DNA of 64,000 bases, from NCBI GenBank assembly GCA_963722105.1, contig CAVRKQ010000001.1, forward strand, positions 13,686 to 77,685, read 5' to 3'. Below, one piece after another: positions 51,648 to 61,324 of this stretch. Position 1 is the first letter of the stretch. Each line of letters starts with the position of its first letter. The DNA is from an uncultured Chloroflexia bacterium (GTDB lineage: Bacteria > Chloroflexota > Limnocylindria > Limnocylindrales > CSP1-4). The position numbers and the translations under genes are program-made. Under the pieces are notes generated by a model. The model saw nothing but the letters and a program-made list of their open reading frames with translations. It did not search any database and was not told the origin of the DNA.

Positions 51648-51724
51648 CGAACCGATGGTACCGGGACGTGCCTGTCGGCCCGGTGGTTGCCGCTTGCACC
51701 GCATGCCCATACGCTCCCGGTCCC

Positions 51725-52819
51725 ATGCAGGCCCTCGCCTCCGCGGCCACGCTCGCCCGCCTCGCCGCCCTGGCCGCGGTCCTGGCGCTCGTCGGGCTGC
51801 TCGGCGTTCGGCCCGTTGTCGAGGCTGACGGGCTCGACGTCCGCGCCGCCGGCCCGCTCCCGGCGTGTCGGTACGACGACATCATGACGTCCCCGCGGGG
51901 CTACGACGACTGGGATGTCACGCTCGTCGACACGATCCTCCGCCTCCCCAGGACGTACGCGCCGCCGGACCTCGTCCGGGTCGCCAACCTCGGCGTGGCG
52001 GGGACCGGCAAGGTGCGCGCGGTCATGTCCGAGGACCTCAAGGCGATGAGCGACGCCGCGACGGCCGCCGGCAATCCGATCGGGGTCCACAGCCCGTACC
52101 GCTCCTACGCGACGCAGGTCTCCGTGTTCGCGCACTGGGTGGACGTCCACGGCTACAACCGGGCGCTGCAGCTCTCCGCGCGGCCCGGCCACTCGGAGCA
52201 CCAGCTGGGTCTGAGCATCGACTTCCGCAGCGACCCGCCGGTCGACACGCTCAAGGGCTCGTGGGGCGCGACGCCGGCTGGAAAGTGGATGCGCAACCAC
52301 GCCTGGGAATACGGCTTCGTGATGAGCTACCCGAAGGGCAAGATCGCGACGGTCTGCTACGACTACGAGCCGTGGCACTTCCGGTATCTCGGACGCGCGC
52401 TCGCAGCCAAGGTCCACGCGTCGGGGCTGACGATCCGCCAATACCTCTGGGCGCACTACACGAAAACGGTCGTGCCGCCGCCCACCCCCAAGCCGACGAA
52501 GAAGCCGGCCCCCGCGGCGACGGCCAGGCCTACGCGAACGGTCGAGCCGAGCGCGACCGCGCTGCCGATTGCGAGCCCGACGGTCGCGGCGCCATCGGCC
52601 GGCCCGACCCTGGCACCGGCACCGACGCTCGGGCCTTCGGCGGTCAACGCGACGTCGCCCCTGCCGCCGGCGCCCGCAGCTTCCCAGGTGACGGCGGGAC
52701 CAGGTTCCTTCGATCCCGCGACGGTCGCGTCCGTCGCCCTCGCCGGCGCCGGCCTCGCCCTCGGGACCATCGTCCTGGGAGGCCTCCTGCTGATCCGGCG
52801 GCGGGGCGAATCCAGGTAG
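51725..52819 (+). CDS. M15B D,D-carboxypeptidase (VanY-like) with Pro/Thr linker and C-terminal TM anchor
   Basis: SPYRSY..Q, SARPGHSEHQLGLSID, AWEYGF, YEPWHFRY; hydrophobic tail ending RRR. Confidence 0.9.
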   Translation: MQALASAATLARLAALAAVLALVGLLGVRPVVEADGLDVRAAGPLPACRYDDIMTSPRGYDDWDVTLVDTILRLPRTYAPPDLVRVANLGVAGTGKVRAVMSEDLKAMSDAATAAGNPIGVHSPYRSYATQVSVFAHWVDVHGYNRALQLSARPGHSEHQLGLSIDFRSDPPVDTLKGSWGATPAGKWMRNHAWEYGFVMSYPKGKIATVCYDYEPWHFRYLGRALAAKVHASGLTIRQYLWAHYTKTVVPPPTPKPTKKPAPAATARPTRTVEPSATALPIASPTVAAPSAGPTLAPAPTLGPSAVNATSPLPPAPAASQVTAGPGSFDPATVASVALAGAGLALGTIVLGGLLLIRRRGESR

Positions 52820-53001
52820 GACTGTAGGGCTAGAGACACTCCCGGGGCCCGTTTCTATGGTGCTCCCGTAACGCTGGGTCGCCGCGTTCACGCCCTTGTC
52901 GTCGCCCACCGGCGCGAGGGTCCGTACATCCGGTGTCGGGCCACAGCCGACGCGGATCGCCGCCTCCGGAAATGAGCCCAGACGAACCGGGAGGGACTCC
53001 A

Positions 53002-54270
53002 ATGCGCCGTGCCCATCGATCGTTGCTGCCCTTCGTCACGGCGGCCCTCGCCGTCGTCGTGCTGCTGCCGAGCCTCGCCGCCCCGACAGACGCCGCGACC
53101 AGCAACTGGACCTCGAACTGCGAGGCGCGCGTCCGAAGCGGGGCGAAGCTGTCTTCGGCGACCGTGAAGATCATCAAGAAGGGCACCGTCGTGAAGGCGA
53201 CCGGCACGGTCAGTGGCGGCCGGTATCGCGCCAACTGCGGCGGGTGGGTGAGCGGCAGCACCTGGCTGCGAGTCGTGGCGATCAACGGCAAGAGCACGAC
53301 CTCGCTCTTCAACCGGAGCGCGGTCTACGTGGCCTACAAGCTCTTCAAGTCGGGTCCCAACCCGACCCCGAAGCCCGTCGTCACGACCACCAACTACCTC
53401 TCGAACTGTGACGTCCGGCTGCGCTCCTCGGCGTCGACCTCGGCCGGCACCAAGACGATCATCGACACCAACATGGTCGTCACCGCCTCCGCCAAGGTGA
53501 CCGGCGGCTCGTGGACCGCCGCCTGCAAGTCCGATGTCTCGGGCAGCAGCTGGTACAAGATCACCGCCGTCGGCGGGAAGAGCGTCTCGTCGCTCTACGG
53601 GGTGAGCGCCGTCTACGCGGCGACGGGCCTGTTCCGGGCCGTGACCACGACCGGCTTCAGGGAAGGCATCGACGTTTCGCACTGGCAAGGCACGATCGAC
53701 TGGACCAGGGTCGCGGGCGCCGGCAAGACCTTCGCCATCGCCAAGGCGACCGAGGGCATCGGGTTCAAGGACGACAAGTACGACCGGAACAAGGCCGGCG
53801 CGATGGGCAACGGGATGAAGTTCGGGGCCTACCACTTCGGCCGCCCGAAGAACAACCCCGTCCAGGAGGCCGACTGGTTCGTCTCCCAGATGGACCTCGA
53901 GCGCGGGATGCTCATCCCGACCCTGGACATCGAGGTGACTGACGGTCGCGGACCGACCGCGATGACCAACTGGACGAAGGCGTTCCTCCAGCGGGTCTAC
54001 GAGCGGACCGGCGCCAAGCCGATGATCTACACCAGCCCGGCGTTCTGGCGGAACAACTTCAACGACACTCGCTGGTTTGCCGACAACGGCTACAAGGTCC
54101 TCTGGGTAGCCCACTGGGGCGTCTCCAGCCCCTCCGTGATGGCCAGCAACTGGGGCGGCAAGTCGTGGACGTTCTGGCAGTACACGAGCAGCGGCTCCGT
54201 CCCAGGGATCTCCGGGCGGGTCGACCTGAATCGCTACCGCCTGTCGAGCTTCGAGGCGGTCACGTACTGA
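53002..54270 (+). CDS. GH25 lysozyme/muramidase with two N-terminal SH3b-like repeats
   Basis: SD GGAGGG; signal peptide; GIDVSHWQG, KATEG, GAYHF, LDIE, IYT, WQYTS. Confidence 0.92.
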   Translation: MRRAHRSLLPFVTAALAVVVLLPSLAAPTDAATSNWTSNCEARVRSGAKLSSATVKIIKKGTVVKATGTVSGGRYRANCGGWVSGSTWLRVVAINGKSTTSLFNRSAVYVAYKLFKSGPNPTPKPVVTTTNYLSNCDVRLRSSASTSAGTKTIIDTNMVVTASAKVTGGSWTAACKSDVSGSSWYKITAVGGKSVSSLYGVSAVYAATGLFRAVTTTGFREGIDVSHWQGTIDWTRVAGAGKTFAIAKATEGIGFKDDKYDRNKAGAMGNGMKFGAYHFGRPKNNPVQEADWFVSQMDLERGMLIPTLDIEVTDGRGPTAMTNWTKAFLQRVYERTGAKPMIYTSPAFWRNNFNDTRWFADNGYKVLWVAHWGVSSPSVMASNWGGKSWTFWQYTSSGSVPGISGRVDLNRYRLSSFEAVTY

Positions 54271-54273
54271 CGG

Positions 54274-54705
54274 TCACGGATCCGTGCGATGGCTCCGCGC
54301 CGTTCGGACCCGCAGCGGCGGGGACGGGCGGCGCAGCCGTTGGTGGGCCCCGGTCACATTCGATGTCCAGGCACGCGGCGGAATCCTTCGGCCGCTCGGC
54401 CTCACGGTCGCATCCTGATGCTCGCCGTCGAGGCGTCGCACCACGATCCGGCCCCCGTTCGCATGGAGGATGCCGATGACCTTCTCGACATCACCAGGCT
54501 CGAAACGCCCGGCAACGACGAACTCCTCGGTGGGGGTCTCGTAGCGCGTGGCTGCCAGCGGGCGCACGCCCACATCGCCGGGCGGCACGCCGACGGAGGT
54601 CCGGACGGCGCGGAGCGCGGCACGCGCTCCGGCGAGCGCACGGAACCGAGCCCCGACGAGAACCATGCCCCGAGGGTCGGGGGTCGCGGTGCCGGGTGGC
54701 GTCAC
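54274..54705 (-). CDS. Hypothetical protein
   Basis: 143-aa ORF filling the gap between GH25 and GT2 genes. Confidence 0.5.
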   Translation of the reverse strand: MTPPGTATPDPRGMVLVGARFRALAGARAALRAVRTSVGVPPGDVGVRPLAATRYETPTEEFVVAGRFEPGDVEKVIGILHANGGRIVVRRLDGEHQDATVRPSGRRIPPRAWTSNVTGAHQRLRRPSPPLRVRTARSHRTDP

Positions 54706-54760
54706 GCGAACGGTGCTGAGGCTTTCGGGTCCGTGTCAGGCGGCGCGTAGCATCGGGGGC

Positions 54761-55495
54761 GTGACGACGGTCGGTTCCGGACTGCGCGGTCGAGTGGTGG
54801 CCTTGATTCCGGCCCACGACGAGGGCGCTCGGATTGGACGGGTCGTTGCTGCGGCGAGCCGCCACCTGCCGGTGCTCGTGGTTGACGACGGCTCCGCGGA
54901 CGACACCGCGGCGGTCGCGGAGGCCGCGGGTGCGGAGGTCCTGCGCCACGCATCGAACCAGGGCAAGGGCGCGGCGCTCCGAGCCGGGTTCGCGGCGGCC
55001 CTCAACGAGGGTGCGGAGGCCGTGATCACCCTCGACGGCGACGGCCAGCACGATCCGACGGAGATCGCCGCGTTCCTCGGGCTGTACGCCCGGCGCTCGA
55101 TCGGCGGGCTGCCCACGGAGCTCATCGTCGGCCGCCGGAGCTTCCGGCGGATGCCGCCGGTACGGCGGCTCGCGAACTGGCTCGGGACGGTCACGCTGTC
55201 CGCGGCGGTGGGCCGCTGGGTCCACGACAACCAGTCGGGCTACCGCCTGATCGGGCGCCGGCTCATGCGCGCGATGCTCGACAGCGACGAATCGGGATTC
55301 GGCTTCGAGGTCGAGATGATCGCGGTCTGCCTCCGCGAGGGCTGGTCGATCGGCTGGGTTCCCGTCCGCACGATCTACGGCGACGAGACGAGCCACATCC
55401 GGCCCGGCCAGCACCTCCGCGAGTTCCTCGGCGTGACCGGGCGAGCCCGGCGGATCGCGCGCTCGCCGGCGGAGGCCGCCGAACCCGGGGCCTGA
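54761..55495 (+). CDS. GT2 glycosyltransferase (DPM/DPG-synthase-like)
   Basis: IPAHDE, VVDDGSADDT, NQGKGAAL, LDGDGQHDP, DNQSGYR; TAGCAT 7 nt before GTG. Confidence 0.9.
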   Translation: MTTVGSGLRGRVVALIPAHDEGARIGRVVAAASRHLPVLVVDDGSADDTAAVAEAAGAEVLRHASNQGKGAALRAGFAAALNEGAEAVITLDGDGQHDPTEIAAFLGLYARRSIGGLPTELIVGRRSFRRMPPVRRLANWLGTVTLSAAVGRWVHDNQSGYRLIGRRLMRAMLDSDESGFGFEVEMIAVCLREGWSIGWVPVRTIYGDETSHIRPGQHLREFLGVTGRARRIARSPAEAAEPGA

Positions 55496-55519
55496 CGCTG
55501 GATCAGCCCGCGGCCACCT

Positions 55520-57925
55520 CTCTCGGGATCGACGAATCACCCCGAAGGCGTCGATGTCCACCCGTGCCACGGGCGAGCCGACGGAGACGACCTTGATCGT
55601 GTGCGTCCCGACGGCCGACCAGGTCCTGGCAAAGGCAACGAAGCGATAGGTGGTGCCGGGCTCGTTCAGGTCGACCGTCGTCTGGAGCACGCCGTCGACG
55701 TAGATCCTCGCCTTGCCGCGACTGGGTCCCTTCGTGGTCACGAACGACAGGCTGCGCGCCGAGGTCGTGTACGTCGCCGAGGCGCCCGCGGCCCGGAGGG
55801 AGCGCTGCGACCCGCCCGAGTAGCTCGGATAGCTCGTTGCCTTCGTCGGGCCGGACCACTTGATCGCGCCGGTCGACTGCTGGGTCAGCGCGGGCCGCAG
55901 GGTCGGTCCCCGCTTCCAGTCGCCGACGTTGCCTGCCCGGTCGTGCGCCCGGGTCTCGAAGCGGTAGGTGTGCCCCGACGTCATGCTCCAGGGGAGCGAG
56001 CTACCGGTGACGGCGGTTCCGATCGTCTGGAACGACGAGCCGTCGAAGCTCCGGCGGACGTCGTACGAGCCGATCCCCGCCGGACCCGAGTCGGTGCCTG
56101 AGAACCCGACCGCCACCCGCAGAGCCGAGCCGCTCAGGGTCGTCGCGGCGCGGAGGCTGACCTTGGGGGTTCCGGTCGTCGGGTCCGTTCGATCGACCTT
56201 GAGGGTGACGACCGGCGAGGCAGGTGATGGATTGCCCGCGAGATCCGTGACAGCACCGGCGGGCAGCGAGACGGTGAACGTCCCGTTCTTCGGCGTCGGC
56301 TGCTTGGTCATGAACTCGAAGGATGCCCTGTGGCCAAGCAGCCAGTTCACGTACCACTCGTCGGCGTCGGGGCCGCCGAGCTCGATGTCGCCCGGGGTGA
56401 AGCCGAGGACCGGCTCGTTGAACGTGACCGTCCAGTCGAACGCCTCCGTGTTGCTCACCGTCCGGTGGGGGTCCTGGTACAGGAGCAGCTCTGGCGGGTC
56501 GTCGTCGTGGACGTAGTTGACGGTGCTGGTCGAGGCAGATCCCGGGCCGACGTTGGACGCCTTGTCCTCGACGATCGAGTCGAGGAGGGTCAGCTTCACG
56601 GTCCCTTCGTTCGGCCGCTCGTCGCCGGGCGGCGCGACCACCGTCACGGTGTACGCCGAGGCCTTGCCGGTGACCGACTCCACGGTCCAGCCAGATGACG
56701 TGCCGCCGACCTCGAAGTCGCCGGCGTCGAGCCCCTCGACCGGCTCCTCGAACAGCAGCCCGAAAGGCATCGTCGTTGCGCCGCTGGCCTCCGGGAACAT
56801 CGGGAGCAGCGAGAGGACGTCGGGGGCCGTGTGGTCTACATCGGATCCGGTCGTGGCCGCGATCCGGTCGGCGACCTTCTGGCGGAGCGTCGGGAACCAG
56901 TTGTAGAACGCCTCGCCCGGGCAGGCCGTCGCGCTCACGTTGCGATGGCCCGAGATGTTGTTGAGGTGCTTGGAGTTGCCGAGGGTCGGATTCGTATAGG
57001 TGCCCCCGCCGAGTGGGTTGATCCCGTGCCGCTCCAGCTTCCACGCGATCAGCTTCTCGAGCGAGGCCTCCTGCGCCGCCGGCGGCAGGCGCTTGGTGAA
57101 CGTACCCAGGAGCGCGATCCCGACCGTGCCGTCGTTGAAGTTGCTGGCGTGGGCCGCCCGGATCACGTTGCCGGCGAGGTCCTCGCCCGTGATCGGCTCG
57201 CCCGCGGCGTAGTCGCGAGCGTGGCGACCCTCGTAGATCCGGCCCTGCCAGTCGATGAGGAAGGTGTAGTCGATGTCGCGGTAGCCCCGGCTGTACGCGT
57301 GCAGGTAGTAGATCGCGCGGATCGTGGCCTCCGGGTCCGGATCGTTGTTCCGGCCGGCGGTGTGGTGGACGATCACCTTCTGGAGCGGGTGGAAGTTGGG
57401 CGCGAACATCTCGTAGCCGCCGCTGTTGAAGCGGTAGGACTCGTCGGCGCCCCAGTCGGCGCGGCTGATGATCGGGGGCATCGAGACGGCGGCTTCCGCG
57501 ACGGCGCCGCCAGGCCCGCCACGGGCGGGCCGATGCCCGGCGTCCATCGCCGTCAGCTTCAGCGCGCCGATGACCTTGTCCGTCGTGACGCGCGCGTACC
57601 GCGCGCCGCCCGTCCAAAGCACGCCGCTGAAGACCTCGCCCGGCTCGCCCTCGGCGTCCTCGTCGACGGCGACCTCGACCCGTTCGCCGAACGAGTCCGT
57701 GTCCCGCCCGAAGGCGATCGTCACGTGGGCATCGGGTGCACCGGCCCAGCGAAGCGCGACGTGGGATGCCTCGAACGGCAGCGCCAGGATCCGCTGGTGA
57801 GCGACGGCTGCCTCGATCTCCTGCCCCTGGACCTTCACCGGCCCGGCCGGGCCGACGCGAAGCGCCGGCAACAGCGCCGTGAGCAGCGCGCCGGTGAGGA
57901 GTGCGGCCGAGAGCCGGGTTCGCAT
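55520..57925 (-). CDS. Secreted N-acetylmuramoyl-L-alanine amidase (Amidase_2/PGRP-like) with Ig-like, FN3-like and conserved C-terminal domains; true stop probably lost near 55530
   Basis: ISRADWGADE, IVHHTAG, DIDYTFLID..GRIYEGR, SGHRNV.ATACPG; VTFNEPVLGF Ig-like units; ends RVDIDAFGVIR, then reads antisense through GT2. Confidence 0.85.
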
Positions 57926-58062
57926 GGGTGGGCCTCGTGGATGCCGCTGCTCCCCTGGCGCGGCCGATCCACCCTATGGGCCGGACTGCCCGGAATCTCA
58001 GCCAACGCGGCGCAGGGCCGTGGGACTTCCGTCGCCGCCGGGATCCTCCGACCCCGCCGAGA

Positions 58063-59106
58063 TCAGCCCGCGGGCGCGGGCTCCGGAGTCGTGTCGGGAT
58101 CCATCGGCGTGGCGTCCTCGTCGACGCGGAGGCGGAGGTTCGGCAGCACCTCCCGCCCGAAGACCTCGATGAACTCGGCCTGGTTGCGCCCGACGTTGTG
58201 CAGGTGGATCTCGTCGAAACCCATGTCGACGTAGCGCTGGACGTGGGCGGCGTGCTCCTCGAGGTCGGCGCTGATGAGGACCCGGTTCTTGAAGTCCTCC
58301 GGCCGGACGAGCTTGGCGATTGCCGCGAAGTCCTCGGGATTCTTGATGTCCTGCTTCGGGAACGGCATCCCGCCGTTCGGCCATTCCTTCATCGCGTTGT
58401 CGAGCGCCTCTTCCTGGGTCCGGGCCCAGCTGACGTGGAGCTGGAGGAGCTTCGGCACGGCGGACTTTCCGGCCTCCGCGCAGCCCTCGTCGCAGGCCAT
58501 CCAGAGGAGCTTGATCTTCTCGTCCGCCGCGCCGACGGTGATCATCCCCTGGGCGAACCGGCCGGTCTTCTTGGCGTTGATCGGCCCGGACGTCGCGACG
58601 TAGATCGGGACCGGCATGTCCGGGCGGGTGTAGAGCTTCGCGCTCTCGAGCTTGAAGTGCTTGCCGCGATGCTTGACGACGCCGCCCTCGAAGAGCTTCG
58701 AGATGATCTCGATCGACTCGAACATCATCTCGGAGCGGACGTTCACCTCCGGCCACTCGAGCCCCAGGATGTGCTCGTTGAGCGCCTCGCCGGCGCCGAG
58801 GCCGAGCCAGAACCGGCCCGGGTACATCGCCCCGAGCGTTGCCGCCGCGTGGGCGACGACCGCCGGGTGCATCCGGAAGCCCGGGAAGGTGACCGCCGTC
58901 CCGAATCGGAGCGACGTTCGCTGCCCGAGCGCGCCCATGAAGCTCCACGCGTACGCCGCTTGGCCCTGCTGGGGCGTCCACGGGTGGAAGTGCTCGGAGA
59001 CCATGAACCCGGCCTCGAACCCCGCTTCCTCGGCCTGGGTGCACCAGTCCAGGAGCTCCGTCGGGTGGAACTGCTCGAGCATCGCCGCGTATCCAATCTT
59101 GGCCAT
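58063..59106 (-). CDS. F420-dependent LLM-class oxidoreductase (Fgd-like family)
   Basis: AMLEQFHP, SEHFHPW, GTAVT, LGLGAGEALNE; TACCAT 7 nt before ATG. Confidence 0.88.
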   Translation of the reverse strand: MAKIGYAAMLEQFHPTELLDWCTQAEEAGFEAGFMVSEHFHPWTPQQGQAAYAWSFMGALGQRTSLRFGTAVTFPGFRMHPAVVAHAAATLGAMYPGRFWLGLGAGEALNEHILGLEWPEVNVRSEMMFESIEIISKLFEGGVVKHRGKHFKLESAKLYTRPDMPVPIYVATSGPINAKKTGRFAQGMITVGAADEKIKLLWMACDEGCAEAGKSAVPKLLQLHVSWARTQEEALDNAMKEWPNGGMPFPKQDIKNPEDFAAIAKLVRPEDFKNRVLISADLEEHAAHVQRYVDMGFDEIHLHNVGRNQAEFIEVFGREVLPNLRLRVDEDATPMDPDTTPEPAPAG

Positions 59107-59154
59107 GGTGGATATGGTATGTCGGCCAGGCAGCGGCGTGGCACGATGCTCGCG

Positions 59155-60584
59155 ATGGACCTCGAGGTATTCCAGACGCCCGGGCTGGGCGACGCCTCGT
59201 ACCTGCTCGCGAGCGGCGGGGAGGCGGTCCTCGTCGATCCGCAGCGGGATGCGTGGCGGTTCCTCGAAATCGCCGAGGCGCGCGGCTGGCGCGTCCGCCA
59301 TGTCCTGGAGACGCACGTCCACAACGACTACCTCTCGGGAGCGCTCGAGACGCAGGCCGCGACCGGCGCGGAGATCGTGGCGCCGGCCCGCGGCCAGTAC
59401 GAGTTCGAGCACCGGGCGGTCGACGACGGCGACGGCGTCGCGATCGGCGGCCTCCGCCTGACGGCCTGGGCGACGCCGGGGCACACGCCGAGCACCTCGC
59501 ATGGGTCGTGAGCTCGATCGATGGCCCGCCGCCCATGAACGGCACCGGGAACGCCGGTGTCGTGGCCGCGTTCACCGGCGGCAGCCTCCTGGTGGGTACG
59601 GCGGGGCGGACCGACCTGCTGGGGCCGGCCCTCACCGAGGCGCTCACCTCCGACCAGCAGAAGAGCCTCCGGCGCCTTGCCGGTCTGCCCGACGCGGCAG
59701 AGGTGCTCCCGACCCACGGCGCCGGGAGCTTCTGCAGTGCCGGGCCCGTGAGCGCGAATCGCGTCTCGAGCATCGCCGCGGAGCGGCTCGCCAACCCGAC
59801 GTTCCGCCTCGCGGACGGCGACCCGTCGCGGTTCCGAGCGGAGGCCCTCGACGGGCTGGGCCGGTACCCCGCCTACTACCGGCACATGGCAGCGATCAAC
59901 CGCCGCGGGCCCCGCGTCCTCGGTCGCCTGATCCTGCCGGACGCCCTCGATCCGGCCGCGTTCGAGGCGAAGGCCGCCGCCGGCGCGGCCATCGTCGACG
60001 CCCGGAATCGCGACGCCTACGCGAGCGGCCACATCCGCGGCTCGCTGAACATCGAGCTCGACAGCGCGTTTGCCGGGTACGTCGGCTGGCTGGTGCCGTT
60101 CGCCGCGCCGGTCCTGTTCGTCCTGCCGGACGAGGACGATGCGCTCGAGCACGCGACCACCGAGCTCCTCCGCATCGGCTACGAGCGCGTCCACGGCTGG
60201 CTCGAGGGCGGGGGCGAGGCTTGGGCCGCCTCCGGCCGCGAGCTCGCGAGCTACGGGACCACGACGATGGAGGCGATCCACGACGAGCGGGCGCAAGGCG
60301 AGAGCCGCGGCGTCCTGCTCGACGTCCGCCAGCCGATCGAATGGGCGGAGGGCGTCGTCGACGGCTCCGAGCAGGTCTTCGTGGCCGACCTCCCGGGTCG
60401 GCTCGACGCGTTGCCGAAGGACGACCCGGTCACGGTCTTCTGCCGAACGGGCCACCGGTCGTCGATGGCGGCGAGCATCCTCCAGAACGCGGGGCGCGAG
60501 GTCCGGCTCGTCGCAAAGGGCGGGGCGAGCAGCTGGCCGGATCCGCTGGTGCCGTACGAGCCCACGACACCCGGCGCGGAGTGA
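59155..60584 (+). CDS. MBL-fold hydrolase with two rhodanese domains (persulfide dioxygenase-like), frameshift near 59490
   Basis: ETHVHNDYLSG, TPGHT, FTGGSLLVG..GRTDL, PTHGAGSFC, GHIRGS, CRTGHRS. Confidence 0.88.
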
Positions 60585-61324
60585 CCGCCCTCCGGCGCCT
60601 CTGCGACCGGGCCGTCACCGGCCCCGACTACCCGCCCAACGCCGCCGATCTCGCCGACATCCGCCTGTTCGGGCTGGCGTTTCCGCGCCGCGCCGCCGTC
60701 GCGATCCTCGCCGTCACGGCGTTGATCGTCGCCGACCAGACCCGGCTCCTTCGACCCGGGGGTGAGGGGGCCGAGGGCCTCGCCGGGATCGTCGGCCCGG
60801 TGCCGTTGACGCGGTTCCTGCTCTTCCTCGTCGTGCCGCTGGCGATCGTGCTGCTCGGCTTCCGCGACGACCCGCGCCGCTACGGCCTCCGGCTCGGTGA
60901 CTGGCGCTGGGGCGCGGGGCTGCTCCTCGCGGGGCTGGCCGTGATGACGCCGATCATCCTCGGCCTCGCCCAACAGGAGTCCTTCCGCCTCTACTACGGC
61001 ACGAGCGACGGCGTCCGGGAGTCGTTTTCCCGGGCCCTTGCCGACAACCTCATCGAGCTCATCCCGGCGGAGTTCCTGCTGCGCGGCTTTCTGATGTTCG
61101 CGCTGTGGCGGCGGATCGGCCCGATGGCGCTGGTCGTGTCACTGGTGCCGTTCGTGCTCACCCACATCGGCAAGCCCGACATCGAGCTGTGGTCGACGTT
61201 CGTCGGTGGCTCGATCTTCGCCTGGCTCGACTGGCGGACGGGCTCGATCCTCTGGAGCGCCCTGGGGCACGTCTTCGTGCTGACGCTCATGACCGTGGCG
61301 GTCGGAGGCGCGACGCTCACCTGA
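60581..61324 (+). CDS. CPBP (CAAX/Abi) intramembrane metalloprotease
   Basis: AEFLLRG, FVLTHIGKP, WRTGSILWSALGH; multiple TM segments. Confidence 0.82.
   Translation: MTALRRLCDRAVTGPDYPPNAADLADIRLFGLAFPRRAAVAILAVTALIVADQTRLLRPGGEGAEGLAGIVGPVPLTRFLLFLVVPLAIVLLGFRDDPRRYGLRLGDWRWGAGLLLAGLAVMTPIILGLAQQESFRLYYGTSDGVRESFSRALADNLIELIPAEFLLRGFLMFALWRRIGPMALVVSLVPFVLTHIGKPDIELWSTFVGGSIFAWLDWRTGSILWSALGHVFVLTLMTVAVGGATLT

Noticed and set aside
51725-52819. Vancomycin resistance locus
   Set aside because: Stand-alone VanY-like peptidase with no vanHAX or vanRS
52820-53001. c-di-AMP or c-di-GMP riboswitch upstream of GH25
   Set aside because: No ydaO-type GCTGAATC/GTCAGCTAA or GEMM-type GCAAA signature seen
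54491-55520. C-terminal extension of the 1144-aa amidase ORF
   Set aside because: It is the antisense shadow of the GT2 gene; homology with the 46444 protein ends near 55530, so a stop was probably lost
53002-57925. Prophage lysis module
   Set aside because: The hydrolases have signal peptides; no holin, structural or integrase genes in the window
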